A stretch of DNA of 64,000 nucleotides from Azolla caroliniana (Eukaryota > Plantae > Polypodiophyta). The position numbers were made by a program, and so were the translations under genes. The number at the start of each line of letters is the position of its first letter. Position 1 is the stretch's first letter. Location: NCBI GenBank assembly GCA_043228905.1, contig JBHGNT010000004.1, positions 7,688,001 through 7,752,000 on the forward strand, written 5' to 3'. Shown here piece after piece: positions 1 through 12,831 of the stretch. Under the pieces are notes generated by a model that had not been told where the DNA came from, ran no database searches, and was given only the letters and a program-made list of their open reading frames with translations.

Positions 1-429
1 GAAGGAATGGCAGGTGCATGTACATCATGATCTTCACAACTAATGAATGGAGAGTCTTTTAGAAAAGCACAGATTCTATTCAAGGGGCCTAGGAAGAAGT
101 ATAAATATGAGGCCGAGCCACCTTCATAACGCACATTATGTCAGAAGGTTGAAGACCTGAGACACTAACGGTGCAGGCTAAGCTTTCATTGTGGCAATCG
201 TGTTACCTATTCCAAGGTTCTAGTTCTAGTCATCCTAATATCCCTCAATATTGGACGTTCATGGTAGGTTGGTTATGTCTTGATTATACTTTAATTTAGT
301 CTATCAATGAGTAATAGGCTCTTAACATGGGGGGTGTCAATCCCCGTGTCATGTTCATAGCCAAGAGAAAAAGTGATTTAAAGAAGAAAATGAGAAAAGC
401 AAAACAAGAGAGAAATAAGAGGAGATTTA

Positions 430-2845
430 TGTTATAACGAAAGCGTCGAAGACAATATCAATTTCAAAGATAAGAAGGTAATAACAAAACAAGAAGACAA
501 TAATACAAGCAAGAAGACAATAATTTTTATTTTCTAGAGACGGCGACGACAAGGGTGTTGAAGACTTGCGTTGGATTAGAATGGTTCAACACTAAGCAAA
601 TCTTGCACTTACATAGCATACATGGGATCACGCATAATCATCACTTAGCATGTTGTGTGCCACTTGGCATGCATGCATGCCATTTGGCGTTCATGCCAAG
701 TAACTTTATTCATATTAATAATAATATGAAATATATAATGTTGTGATGGTTGCAGTGTACGACTTTTGTTTGAACATTATATGTCCAATTCTTGATATTG
801 ACATTTTGTGACATCATCTCCTTTGACAACAAATTTCACGAGTCAATGCATGGAAAAAAATTTGGTTTATTGGGGTAGCGAAGATGAAACTCCTATACAA
901 GTTTAGGGGCATTAACGACAATTGATCATTAAGTGTGTATCCAAGCTAGTCTAGAACATAATGTAGCTTGTTGTTGATGATTGTGGAGTCCAAAATAGTG
1001 TTTGCCTCATATTCTGGCCCAACAAGTTGAAACAAAGGTGTTGGTGGAACAACCAATTTGTGGATAGAATTTCATGTCCATGACTCTGGTAATCAAACGT
1101 GAAATAATGGATGAAGATGCATATATGAAGGCAGGTCCAAAAGAAATGTAACATTGTTGACTTGATTAGAGATTACAAAGGGACTTGGACGTCGTGATAG
1201 TCATACACGATCAACAACTTTAAACTTAGGTTTCTTAGGTGCAAAATCTAAGTGAGGTTTATTTGTTGCCTTCTAGTACTTCGCTTGACCATAAACTAAA
1301 TGATCGAAAAGCTTGGTTTGAATGCATTTGAGTTGTTCTAGATGATCTTGAATGGCAACATTGTTTGAGACTTTTGGATATTTGTGCATTATCCAAAGAG
1401 GAAGGCATCCTATTTTTGTAAAGGATGGAGTGTATCTCGTGTAAGAATGGATTGAATTATTGTAAGCAAACTTGTCATATGTAGAAAATCAATCCAATCA
1501 TCTTGTTGATAGTTGATAAAGCAATGGAGATACTGCTCTAAAGTTTGATTTGTGCATTCAATTTGACCATCAATTTGAGGATGATAGCTTGACGAGAGTT
1601 TACGAGAAATTGTAAGGATCTCAAGTAAGGCTCTAAAAAAATTGCAAAAAATTACATGGCTCATGATCACTAATGGTTTCATCTAAAAGGCTATGATGTT
1701 TGGAAACTTCTCGCATAACAAGATTTATTTTTTCCTTATTAGTAAAAGTCTTTCTATACGATAGATAAAGTTCCATCTTCATAAAATTTCGGCTGAAGAG
1801 CCGGCATAGTTTACCTCCTCATGTCGGTAACTAGTTCCAGTCATACCTCTAAAATGTCTCGCCAATGGTGAATCTTGGCACTAATGTAAAACTTCGAGTC
1901 GAGAAGGTCCATCAAGAATGTACATACGGGTGTTTTGAATAAGAAACCCATCATGCCAACTAAAGTTCACATAATCCATAAAGGAAAACTTGGACTATGA
2001 GCAAGAAACACAATCTAGAATTATTTGATCTAAAATATATTGTGCAAAATCATATGAACCAATGCTTGAGCAGATTGAATCAAGAAATCTTGAATCTAAA
2101 GGCATCTCTAAAACATTTGTTAACGTTAATCGTAGATGGTTTGGACTCAAAAGGAGTTGTTCTTGATTATCATAAGTTGGGTTCCCCGTTTTGGTGCAAA
2201 ATAAGAGCACTGCGATAAGAAATCACCATTAGTTTGTTGTATAACTTGTGGATATGATATCACGAACTTGAACCGTGTCAGAGATTTTGCCCATTGAGCT
2301 TGTTGCCAATTTACGACTCACGCATTTTGAAACTTGTGAGATTATTGTGATCGTAAACAATAATTTTGGTGAAGAGAAGTCTTCAAAATTGACTTATTGT
2401 CATGGATTTCATAATTAATTTTTGCAGGTTTAAACTTTCTTGAATGAAATGCAACTATATGCAATTTCTCATCATGCATTACTTGTGATAAAACACTTCC
2501 TAGTGCAAAATTGGATGCATATGCTTCTATGATAAACAACTTTTCTAGGTCAACATGGACCAAAATTGGAGCAAATGTAAATGCTTGCTTCAAGTTATCA
2601 AATGCCTCACCTGCATTTGACGTCCACCCAAATGATTGGTTCTTTTGTGTTTGTTCTATGAGGGACAAGACAACTTGTGTGTAACTCTTGATGAATTTGC
2701 GATAGAAAATTTTTCAAATCCCAAGAAACATTGCACATTGCAAATTGAACATGGTGCCTTCCAAGCTAGAACCATTTGTACTTTCTTTGCGTTCATAGAA
2801 ATACATTTTGGAGAGACCACACATCCTAGGAATTCTAGTTCATGA
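430..2845 (-). mobile_element. Degenerate Ty3/gypsy chromovirus (Tcn1-like) remnant: RT end, RNase H, integrase, chromodomain, PPT and probable 3' LTR
   Basis: Minus-strand fragments include RT C-terminus (LEFLG..VS..NVQCFLGF, ~2700-2845), RNase H (APILVH..FIIEAYASNFALGSVLSQ..VAFHSRKF..NYEIHD, 2342-2668) and integrase (SSSYHPQIDGQIECTNQTLEQYL, 1410-1682). A GPY/F-like segment (PFVISNQVNNVTFLLDLP..HPLFHV) and a chromodomain (EYEANTILDS..KLHYVLD*LGY..NAPKLV*EFHLRYPNKP, ~865-1020) follow. The purine tract AAAGGAGATGA precedes TGTCACA at 813; the probable LTR end ..TATAACA is at 430. Many stops and frameshifts. Confidence 0.8.
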
Positions 2846-2991
2846 TCAGGAAGTTTCTTAGCCTTGAAAATGGAAAATGGACCTCAAAATCTTGTGGGTT
2901 TGAAAACGGGGTTATGACCACCCCAAACATGAACATCTCTTCTCCCCTAGATTATGCACATAACCTTTATAGAAAGATAGTTAACATATGT

Positions 2992-3740
2992 TGTAAAAGA
3001 ATGCGTATGCGGAAGTGTATGCAAAACACACAGAGTACATGGTTCGAAAGTACAACAGTTCAGTAAAACACAGAAATCATAGATAAAGAGAGGGAGAGAG
3101 GGAGAGACAAAGAGGGCAAAAAAACAAGACTATATTCAAAAATAATTCTCTGTATGTTCTCTGTACATACTTCGTGCTCAGTGAGCGCCTTTTATACAAG
3201 CCCTGACTATTGGGCTAACACAAGTACTTACAGTACTTGACCGCTCCTAAATGAGCATCCTACACTTACTCCCAAAATTATTCCTTACGAGGAATAACAT
3301 TCTAACGGCTCTCGGTTTACACACCGCCACGGCCATATTGTGCGTACGGTTTTATACACCCAGTCTACGAATTGGGTTACGCACCCAATGTTGAGCTTGT
3401 CTCTAAACACTGCCCCTCAAGCTCAACTTGAGGTTCCATCTGCTTTTCCAGATCTTCGCTCCGGCCTCTCCTAGCTTCACGCCTTGCTCGCGCTCCTCGA
3501 CCCATTCGATTCTGTGCGCTTCGACCCTTCCGGCCAACTTGTCTGCTCATGTAACCCTTCTCAGCTCCCTTGCTGTCGTGGTGTTGGCGCCTCTTTCGAT
3601 GCCCTTTCCTCCCCTTGGACCTCAGTCGATTCTTAATGTCCGAATCAATTCGATTGAATCGGTCACTTCCGATTCAATTCCACTTTCGCCCGAATTGGCT
3701 CTCTCCGATTCGTCTTCTGTTTTGAGGCCCTTGACAACAT
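2992..3740 (-). mobile_element. 3' end of a copia-type LTR element (3' UTR, PPT, 3' LTR 3409-2992)
   Basis: On the minus strand, GTTGAGCTTGAGGGGCAG (same PPT context as elements B/E) is followed by TGTTTAGAGACAAGCTCAAC. The LTR ends ..CATTCTTTTACA, like the A-family end CATTTCTTTACA, and contains TATAAAA and a CT-rich tract. The upstream boundary is uncertain. Confidence 0.6.
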
Positions 3741-4136
3741 CAGACCACATCTTGGTCTTGGCCTTTACGCCCCTCTTTGTTGTATTTCCCCTACCAACTT
3801 ACTTTTTTTGTAAACACTTCATGTCATCACCATAGTGATAATTTTGCCAATACTATTGTAAACCCTAATATAGAAAGGGATTTTCTTGTATAAACGTATT
3901 GTTCAGGTCATGTTTTACTAATTGAGTGTGGTTAACTCTAATTACACACTAAACCATTTGAGTGCTTTTGTGGTGAGAGAGATAGAGATAGAGAGAGGTT
4001 GATTCACAACACCAATGAAAGGAGGATGATTTCCCCGACTCGGGTATTAGCTTCCTCTATTCGGACCTTTCTTTACTCAAGTCATGTCATGGATTGGGCT
4101 TTAGCTTCTTCAATTCACTCCTAAGCTTCCTCAAAT

Positions 4137-4200
4137 CTAGTGCTTTCCTCAAGTCTAAATTTCCTTGATTTCTAGTGCTTTCCTCAAGTCTAAATTTCCT
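4137..4200. repeat. Tandem duplication, ~35-bp period
   Basis: CTAGTGCTTTCCTCAAGTCTAAATTTCCT occurs twice, separated by TGATTT. Confidence 0.85.
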
Positions 4201-4399
4201 CGAGTTTGGAATTTCCTCAACTCAAGTCAAACATCACAAGTCAACCCCCAAAGGGGTTTAAAAGTTTTCTCACAAAAACTTCATGTCATCCATGGTCCGG
4301 GTCCTACATGGTCCCACTTGCATGTACGCAACACCGCAACTTGTCCTAATTGGGATCTTTGCCAATCTAGAGCTCTTGGGTGATCTTGAAGTTGAGGGG

Positions 4400-5280
4400 T
4401 CTACACCACAACATGTAGAACCCAAAAACCATCAAATAGACTTGAGTGCTTCATCATGAATTTAATAATTTTGTCTTGAATTATGTGATTCATGCGTTCA
4501 AATCTGTCATTCTATTCCAAGCTCTAAGGTGTCGTGAATTCACATCAGATATGTCTTTATTTGCAAATTTACACTATAAATTCATTTGATTTATACTCTC
4601 CCCAATTATCTAATTGGGGGAATTTCAACTTACAATCCATATTATTCTTGACCATTGCAAGCCAATCTTGGAAAACAACAAAGACTTCCTCTTTGGTCTT
4701 CCTTGGATAGACCTACACCTTCTAGGTAGAAACCATTGCTACACATGAGTAGTATGAGGCACCACCAATAGAAGGATGCGGCATAAGCCCACAAATTGCA
4801 AATGGACTAAATCACGAGGTTTTCATTCTCTTATTGTGCTAACCAAGTGAAACGAGGTTGCATGTTTGCTGCATTGCCAATGCTTGCAAAACTATCCTTA
4901 GATAATACCATGATGACAATCTTGCTCAAGTGCATAAGTCTTTCATACCATAATGAAGACACCAAAGGACCAAGCAGAAATAGTCAACTCTCTAGTTGAG
5001 TGACACAAAGAGGATAGAAGGTATGTACCATGGGTCCTTGGGCAAGTATAACATTCCCTTTGTGGATTGACCACCCTCATGTCTAAAAGCTAGTTCACAA
5101 ACCAATTTCATTGAGTTGTCTAATTGAGACAAAGATCGTCTCAAAGTGAGGAAATGCTAGACATCCTGTACAACCAAAGTAGAATCACATAGAAGATTGC
5201 GTTCTATCTCTCCAATATCGAGCATAACACATAGTTATGAGTTGTTGACTCAAACCGGCTAGAAATCCATTTATGATTCA
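4400..5280 (-). mobile_element. Heavily decayed copia protease-integrase fragment related to element D
   Basis: Minus-strand translation across frameshifts gives PRDLVH..CGLMPHPSIGGASYY..KV*VYPRKTKEEVFVVFQDWLAMV. This aligns with D's PLDLVHSDVCGPMPHQSLGGASYF..KVWAYPIRTKDRVFSIFSDWLAMV. Boundaries are approximate. Confidence 0.7.
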
Positions 5281-8004
5281 AAATCAAACTTTTACAAGTA
5301 TCAAAGGTACACATTAGGTTAACTTAACCCTTTTGACTATTTACATAAATAGCTTGTACAATATGTATGAGGCCATTAACAAACACATATGTATAGACAC
5401 ACTATATTTTAACATTCATGAAGTAGAAAGCCACTTTTTTATCTTTCTTTCTTTCTTTCAATTGCTCTCTTTCTTAGTTGTGGTCCCTCAAATCATAAGT
5501 TTCTTTTACATAAGTTTAAGGGAGGAGTTCAAGTCAAGACTTGAATTTGTCCTCAGATTTTGAGGTAGTATCAGTAGCATTTCGTGAAAGGAAGAAACCA
5601 TGTCCTCATATTTTATAAGCTCATTTCACTTACATTTACACTTACTTACATGTCCTTATATTGAATTCCTAATGTTCCATTGTTTAATATGTGGTTTTTC
5701 CTCATCTCTCTCGCCATTTCCTCCTCTTCTATTTAACTTGATTACATCATTTATAAATTTAATGTGTTTGTAGGGATTATCACATTGTTAGGATTGTGAA
5801 ACGATGTTAGTAGAGTTTATACAACAAGAATTATGCATTAACTAGAATTATGGATAGATCTTGATCTTGTATTTGTTTTTCAAGAGAGGAGGGAGGGGTT
5901 ACTTTAGGTAAACCATCTATAACACGTGTTTTAAGTACCCAGTTTATGACTCTTCTTTACAAATTCTCCATGAAACTTTTATCCTAGGAACCGTCTCAAT
6001 AAAAAACCTTGTCTGGTATCCTTTCTAAATTTAAAATCTTGTAGTAAAAAAATGGTTTAAAGATATAGAGTTGAACTCATATGATATATTCTCGATATTA
6101 GTACAAATCTCACCTTTTTATTTATTGTCGATACAAATGGAGTGGGGCAACAATCATTGACCAGATTGTGGACATCAAAGGCTTGACAAAAGCACTAAAT
6201 TCTAGTGTTCGAAATTTAGAAGAATCTTATCAATGTTCAATCATAAAATAGCAAGTGCTAAGGGCCAAACATAGCAAGCATTGTGAGTAGTATTGGACAT
6301 GTTGTTAACCAATTCCGTACGCCAAGACATTAGTTAGAGACGAAAGAAAAAGTGCAATGTTAAAGGACGATACAAAGGAACAAAGACAAGGAAAAAATAG
6401 CAAAGACACTTAGAGTTAGACTTCCATGTGAAAAGGCCCAAGGTCATTGTAAAAGCAATAAAAACATTTGTAGTCTAGACTCCAAAGTAGAGCTAAGGTG
6501 AAAGCTCTCCAATTCGAGTAACTACATATGTATCCCCATTCTTTTTATTTGCGTTACAATAAAACTTCTTTTTTGCAATACAAAATCTTTCCATTGTAAA
6601 ATTGAACTCTTTTACAAATGGACAGCATATGTACCTTCTTATCTCTTCAAATGTTATGTTTTCGGTTGTTTCTATGGAGTAATCTCCACTTGTGATAATC
6701 AAAAGAAACCACATATCAAAAAGACTCAATTCAAGAAACATAAAAAATGTGAAGTATTATGTATATGAAAAATGTAAAATATGTGGAATCAAAGGATCTT
6801 TTAATTGAACATCTTATGTTTAGGCATAATGGAACCTTTCGGCCGAAGACAAGACTCCTAAAGTAAGAAATTACAAACCTAGCTTAGTGTTTTGATTTAG
6901 ATTCAATCAACTTCACCAAGTCATGCATGGAGTGTGTAAGAAATTTTGAGGAATTGCTTAATTACACGGAAATTTGTAAAAAAAACAAGATATATAGAGA
7001 AAGGAATAAGAGATTGCACCTACAAATTTATAAAGAGGTGGGTGCCATTCCAATACAAATATATAATAATATTCATATGACTCCAATTAGTAAGCAAAAT
7101 GTTCTTAAAAGAATTCTTGTGATTCGTACTTAACAAAAAAAAATCAACTTGTCGTGAAATATATAGGAAGAAGAAATTTTGTTTACTTTTTTTGCTTACA
7201 TATAAAAAGTGTTCTTGCTTGATTGTATGGATAGACTTGACTCTCGAAACTATATAATTCATGAGGATTCAATGTCTAATAGAGCTCTCAACATCTCAAT
7301 AGCTCAGAGATGATGCTTGGAGTCGCTTCATCAATGAGGGTAGACAAAAAGTGGACACTTTGGTGCAAAAGACAGCTATAGTTGGTGGGGTTATAGAATA
7401 TGTGATCCAAGGGTTGATACAAACGAATGTTGCTAAAATATGTCATTATCAGTATACGGGCTACGGGGACCATGGCGGTTCCTAATATTGACATGTAGGA
7501 GCATATTCTTAGTTGTATATATTGGTCCCCTTGCATCATGAATCATGATTTGCACACCTATGACATTGTTTTCTAAGAGAATCTATACTAGAAAAAAAAA
7601 AATAACCCAACAAAAAACTCTTCACTCTATCATCACAAAAGCTTACCAACATGTTTTTGTTTTTTAAATGCATTTCTCATGAGCCATGACAATGACATTT
7701 TTTTTCAAGCCTATACACTTTGATGGGAAGCAAAACCATCCCCCCCTTCCCCTTTCCCTCTCCTTTGGCAAAGCTTTTTAAATATCAAAGATTTTTGAAT
7801 GAATTTACAAAGGTATTAAGTTTTTTTCTATAGGGCTCGCTCTCGAGAGCGATCTACGTGACTATTGTCACTCCATTGCTTACAACTAACTACTTCCTTG
7901 GCACTAGTTATTAAGGTGATTGAATGCTCATGCCGACTTTGTGTGCCCATGGCAAATAATGAAGTGGAAGCGAAACATTGGTTTTGATGAGGTGCGCATT
8001 GCTT

Positions 8005-11000
8005 TTACAAGAGAAATGATTGTGAATGATCGATATGTAGTAATTCATGATGCTCGAGGAGATGGAGTTGGAGTTGGTCGGGGAGCGGGGGATGAGGAGG
8101 TGGTGGAGGTGGGATATGGTTATTCTTGCAAGCCGAGGTGGGTGTTACAGGTTGAGAAGTGGGTGCTTTCACATTAATGGCGGTGTCATAGTTGTGGTCA
8201 TCGCCATTGCAACCAAACTCCTCTAATGGGTGTTTCACCTCCAACAACAAAGCAACAACATCTTTCATGGTGGGGCGATCGACCGGGATTCGGTTCACAC
8301 ACAATAGGGCCACTCCCATAGCTTGCTCCATCTCTTGTATGAATGGATCCGGCATTCCCCTTAGCCTCGGGTCCACGATCTCCACAATTGGCTTAGAGCT
8401 CCTTTTCATCATCTTCACCCACTCCACTATGTGTAACCCGTCACTAGTGCTCGGCTCCACCGCACGCCTCCCGGTTATCACTTCCAATAATACCACACCG
8501 AAGCTATACACATCGCTCTTCTCCGTTATGTTGAGGGTGTAACCATACTCTGGAACCAAATCATGAGCAACAAGCATTGTTAGGTTCACACATATAAAAG
8601 ACATATGGTCCTACATTCTTTTGGCACAGTGGGTTTTTGGGAGATAATCCACCATGCCAAAAGAGCCTTTACTTTTGCTCTCAAGGCGTCCATAAGAGTG
8701 TTCACCATTATGGGTTTCTTTAGGTGAGGCAGAGTTTCTTTTTACTTACCAAGTAGTGTAATGCAGTGTGTTCTCCATTACCTACACTGGAACCCATGCT
8801 ATGGGAATAATCATAGTGGGAAAATGCTGTCTAAGACTCAAGACTAGTTGGCATGCATCCTGTTTGGAGACAATGGGACCCTAAAGATACTGGCTAGTAT
8901 GTTAATCTAATTGGATATTAAGGGTGTGTTTTCGTCAAAGGAGGGACACTGGCCAGGACTAATGACTGGTGGTATAGCATGTTCCTGAATTTGCATTGTG
9001 TGTGTAAGCAGCCACCAGTACATAAAACCTAAGTCCACACCTACTAGGTTCAATGCCCATCCGCGTTTTTTAAATTCAATTTACGTGATGTGTGTGGATA
9101 AAGCTTGATGCTAGCATGATGGTTTTCGTTACAATGTTAACGCTAGATGCATCATGGTTTTCATTACAATGTTAATGCTAGATGCATCATGGTTTTCGTT
9201 ACAATGTTTAAGCTAGATGCATCATGGTTTTCGTTACAATGATCGATTGATGCAACGAGGGTGAATCGCAGTTTCATTACTAGGCAGATATAGAGGCAAG
9301 GCATGTCATACAAACAAAAAGAAAACCCAGCTACATTTAGAGAAGTAGCTAGCTAGCTAGACTACCATGAAGAATCCTTACCGGGTGCAATGTAGCCATA
9401 CGAGCCGGCGACCTTGGACACATCGTCATTGCGTCCGGTCCCTCGGATGAGCTTGGCGAGCCCGAAGTCGGCGAGGAAGGGCTGGAACCTCGAGTCCAAC
9501 AGAATGTTATTGCTCTTCACATCCCGGTGCAGAATGGCGGGGACACAATCATGGTGAAGGTAAGCGAGGCCGTGGGCGGCACCGACGAGGATGTCGTACC
9601 TCATGTCCCAATCCACCATGGCCTTCTTCTCGAACAAGAGGTCCGCGAGGCTACCATTGGGCATATAGTCATAGAGCAGGAGCCTCTCGGTGCGGTTGTT
9701 GCAGTAGCCGAGCAGCCGGACAATGTTACGGTGGCGGATGCGTCCGAGGGTCTCGATCTCGCAAGAGAACGGGTCGTGATGAGCCACCGCCATGTTCCCG
9801 AGGATCTTCCTTACATTGTGATTTTCTTCTTGTTCTTCTTCTTCTTGCTTTATAATGCTTGGCCATAGCTTCTTCACCGCGATGAAGTTCCCGCCCGGGA
9901 TCTCCACCTTGTAGACCTGGCCTGAGCAGCCTTTGCCGACCACGTTGTGATCCATCAATCCGTCCAGCACGTCCTCCACCGACAGGTTGAGCTTACAGAA
10001 GTATGTGACACTCCATGGCCATGGGCTGTCCACCTCCTGCAGACGAAGCTCCCGCGATGAAGCTCTCCGCATTCGGTACAGGATGAGGATCGCGGCGAGG
10101 AAGAGGAGCGCCGCGCAGCATGCTATGAGGAGGCAGACGATGAGCGATATGGTAGCAGGGCTTGGTTTGTTGCCAGAATGCTGGCTATGGCGGAGCTCTG
10201 AGCAAGAGGAGGACGAAGAAGAAGTTGTCTGATCATCCCCATCATTGTTGTTGTTATTGATGCAAAGCCCTGGATTGCCCATGACAGAGCTTGGCAGAAG
10301 AGTTCTGAAGAATGGCGTATCGGGAAGGAATCCTGTGAAATGATTATATGAGACGTTGAGGGATGTTAGGCTTTCCAAGGAGCTGAGGATCTGCAGAGAT
10401 CCGGTGAGATAGTTATGGGAGAGATCAAGCGATTGAAGCTGTGTCAATCTCCCAAGTTCTGAAGGTATATCCCCTGTGAGGTTGTTCCAGCTCAAGTTCA
10501 AGGCTATGTCTAGACTCGTAATGTTGCCAATCTGAGGAGGAATGGACCCACTCAATCTGTTGTTGCTCAGATCTAAGAGAGTTAGCTTGGCACAGAATTG
10601 AAGATGATCACCTGGTATGGGTCCAGAGAGCAGGTTTCCGCTCAGATCGAGCTTCGTGAGACCCCTGAGGCCACCGATCTGAGGAGGAATGGGACCTGTG
10701 AGGAGATTAGTGTGAAGATTAAGCTGGAGAAGGTTGCTCAGAGACGCTAGCTCAGCAGGAATGCTTCCTGTGAGACGATTAGAATGCATATCTAGCCCTT
10801 GCATCGAGCTCAGATTGCTCATCTCCACGGGTATGGCACCTTCGAACTGGTTCTCATACAGGTCTAAGAAGACCAAGTTCTGCAGACGGCCTAGCTCTCT
10901 AGGTAGGAAACCTGAGAGAGAATTAATGGAGAGACGAAGGCGACTGAGAGATCTGCAATCCCCGACCTCTGCAGGCAATGGCCCTGTGAGGTTGTTGGAG

Positions 11001-12418
11001 ACGAGGATTAGCTTCGTGAGGTTCCTCAAAGCGAAGATCTGCGTCGGTATCTCCCCTGTGAGGCGATTGTAAGAGAAATCCAGAGCTTGCAGGCCAGTGC
11101 AGCCGCCGAGCGAGGCAGGTATGGCGCCAGACAGATTGTTCCCCCACAGGAACAAGGTCTGCAGGCTCGTCAGGGAGCCTAAAGACGGGGGTATATTGCC
11201 AGAGAGCTCGTTGTTGTCGAGCTGCAGATCCGTGAGGCTGACACATCCATGGAGCTCGGCAGGTATGAGGCCCTGGAAGCTGTTGAGGCTGAGGAGGAGC
11301 TCCTGCAGAGAGCGGAGCCCTCCGATCTCTGCGGGTATGGCACCTGAGAGATGGTTGGAGGACAGATCCATGGTCTGCAGAGAGGAGCAAGCGCCAATCT
11401 GAGGGGGGATGGGGCCTTGCAGGGAGTTCCCCCAGAGGAGGAGATCGGTGAGGAGGGTGAGCTTGCCGAGCTCGGGGGGGATGGGGCCGGACAGGCGGTT
11501 CATGTGGAGGAAGAGGGAGCGGAGGTTGGAGCAGTTGCCAAGCTCTGCAGGGATGGATCCGGTTATGGCGGTGCTGTAGAGGGAGAGGACGGTGAGGTTC
11601 TGCAGCCTGCCCAGGGAAGGCGGGATGGGACCAGACATGGCGGTGGCCGCCGCTCCCAGGAGCGTCAGGTTCCGGCAGTTGGCCAGGGACGGCGGCAGTT
11701 GGCCATTTAAGCCGGCATTGCCGCCCAGGCGAACCGACTCCAGCGCGCATTCGGGCGGGAAACGGTCGGGCAGGCCCCCCGTGAGGTTGTTGTCGTGGAG
11801 CCACAGCACTCGCAGGGCCGGCGCCGCCGCCAGCGATGGCGGCACCGCCCCCCCAAGATTGTTGGAGTAGAGGTAGACCTCCTCCAACCGGCTCAGCGCC
11901 GCCGGCTCCAACGGCTCCGGGATACCCCCCTCCAGCTCGTTCAGGCTCAGGTCCAGCACCTGCAGCTTCTCCATCCCCACCACCATCTCCTCCGGTATCC
12001 CCCCGCTCAGATTCGCCCCCGACAGTCGCAGGCTCCGCAGCTCCCCCAGCTCCCCTAGCTCCCTGGCTATGGATCCGTGCAGAAATAGGCCCGACAGGTT
12101 TACAGATACCACGCGCCCCCTCGCCTCCCCATCCCCCTCGCCGCCGCACGTGATGCCGTACCATGCGCACGGCGTCTCGTCCGACATCCGCCACTGCTGT
12201 AGTCTCGGGTCCGGGTTGAGCATGGTGCGCTGGAATGAGAGCAGCGCATGGCCATCTGAGGTCAGGCCATAGCTACGGCTGCAGAAGAAGAAGAAGAAGA
12301 AGACGAAGAAGAAGTACGAAAAGAAAGGAAAGAGAAGAAGAAGATGATGATGATGATGATGATGATGATGACTGTGGAGGTGGTGAAGAAGCAGAAGGCG
12401 CGCCTCTGCAGGTTTCAT
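8005..12418 (-). CDS. RGI5: LRR receptor-like Ser/Thr kinase, subfamily XI, RGF-peptide receptor (RGI/RGFR) clade, RGI5-like; exons 12418-9382 and 8549-8005, ~1193 aa
   Basis: The protein has a signal peptide, a Cys-pair LRR cap (PCAWYGITC), over 20 plant LRRs and a TM helix. Kinase motifs: GKGCSGQVY, AVKKL, HRDVKSNN, DFG, GSYGYIAP|EYGY, KSDVYSFG. The intron has GT at 9381 and AG at 8551-8550, at the typical YIAP/E position, and splices in frame. Both RGI ligand-binding motifs are present: RxGG (SVRLGGN) and RxR (LSRLRL). Segments LHMN, LLLWGN, QNLVFLDLY and DGLHIVEWVK resemble Arabidopsis RGI5 as recalled; orthology is not tested. Confidence 0.93.
9103..9241. repeat. Intronic minisatellite, ~4 copies of a 35-bp unit
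   Basis: Unit GCTAGATGCATCATGGTTTTCGTTACAATGTTAA(N) is repeated head-to-tail inside the RLK intron. Confidence 0.9.
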
Positions 12419-12689
12419 GGTGCTGAGAGGCTAAACCTACCAGAGTTTGGATGGATAGAGAATATTAGAAGCGGTTGATCTTGGTTCCCATGCCTGCAGA
12501 GGGAGCGGAGCTGGAGGCGCGGAGAGATCATCGATGAGACTCGGAGGAGCGATGTCCATGTACTGTAAAACTGCTGCTGCTGCTGCCACTGCATGCCATG
12601 GCACCACAATTTTCGACTGCAGAAGAAGGATATGGTAATGGCGAGTAGCTTCAAAACAAATTTAGTCACCAATAGAAGATGGAAGATAG

Positions 12690-12795
12690 ATAATGGCGAT
12701 GTCGATGGCGATTGGCGATGGTGACGGTGATGGTGATGGTGATGAATGAATTATGCACAGAGAGAATGAATGCAGAGAGATGATGGTGATGATGA

Positions 12796-12831
<36 letters not shown>

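Noticed and set aside
9103-9241. 35-bp repeats resembling a CRISPR array
   Set aside because: The units are contiguous with no unique spacers, and lie in a eukaryotic intron.
10923-12194. 423-aa alternative-frame ORF inside the RLK
   Set aside because: Expected by-product of the very GC-rich 5' coding region; no recognisable motifs.
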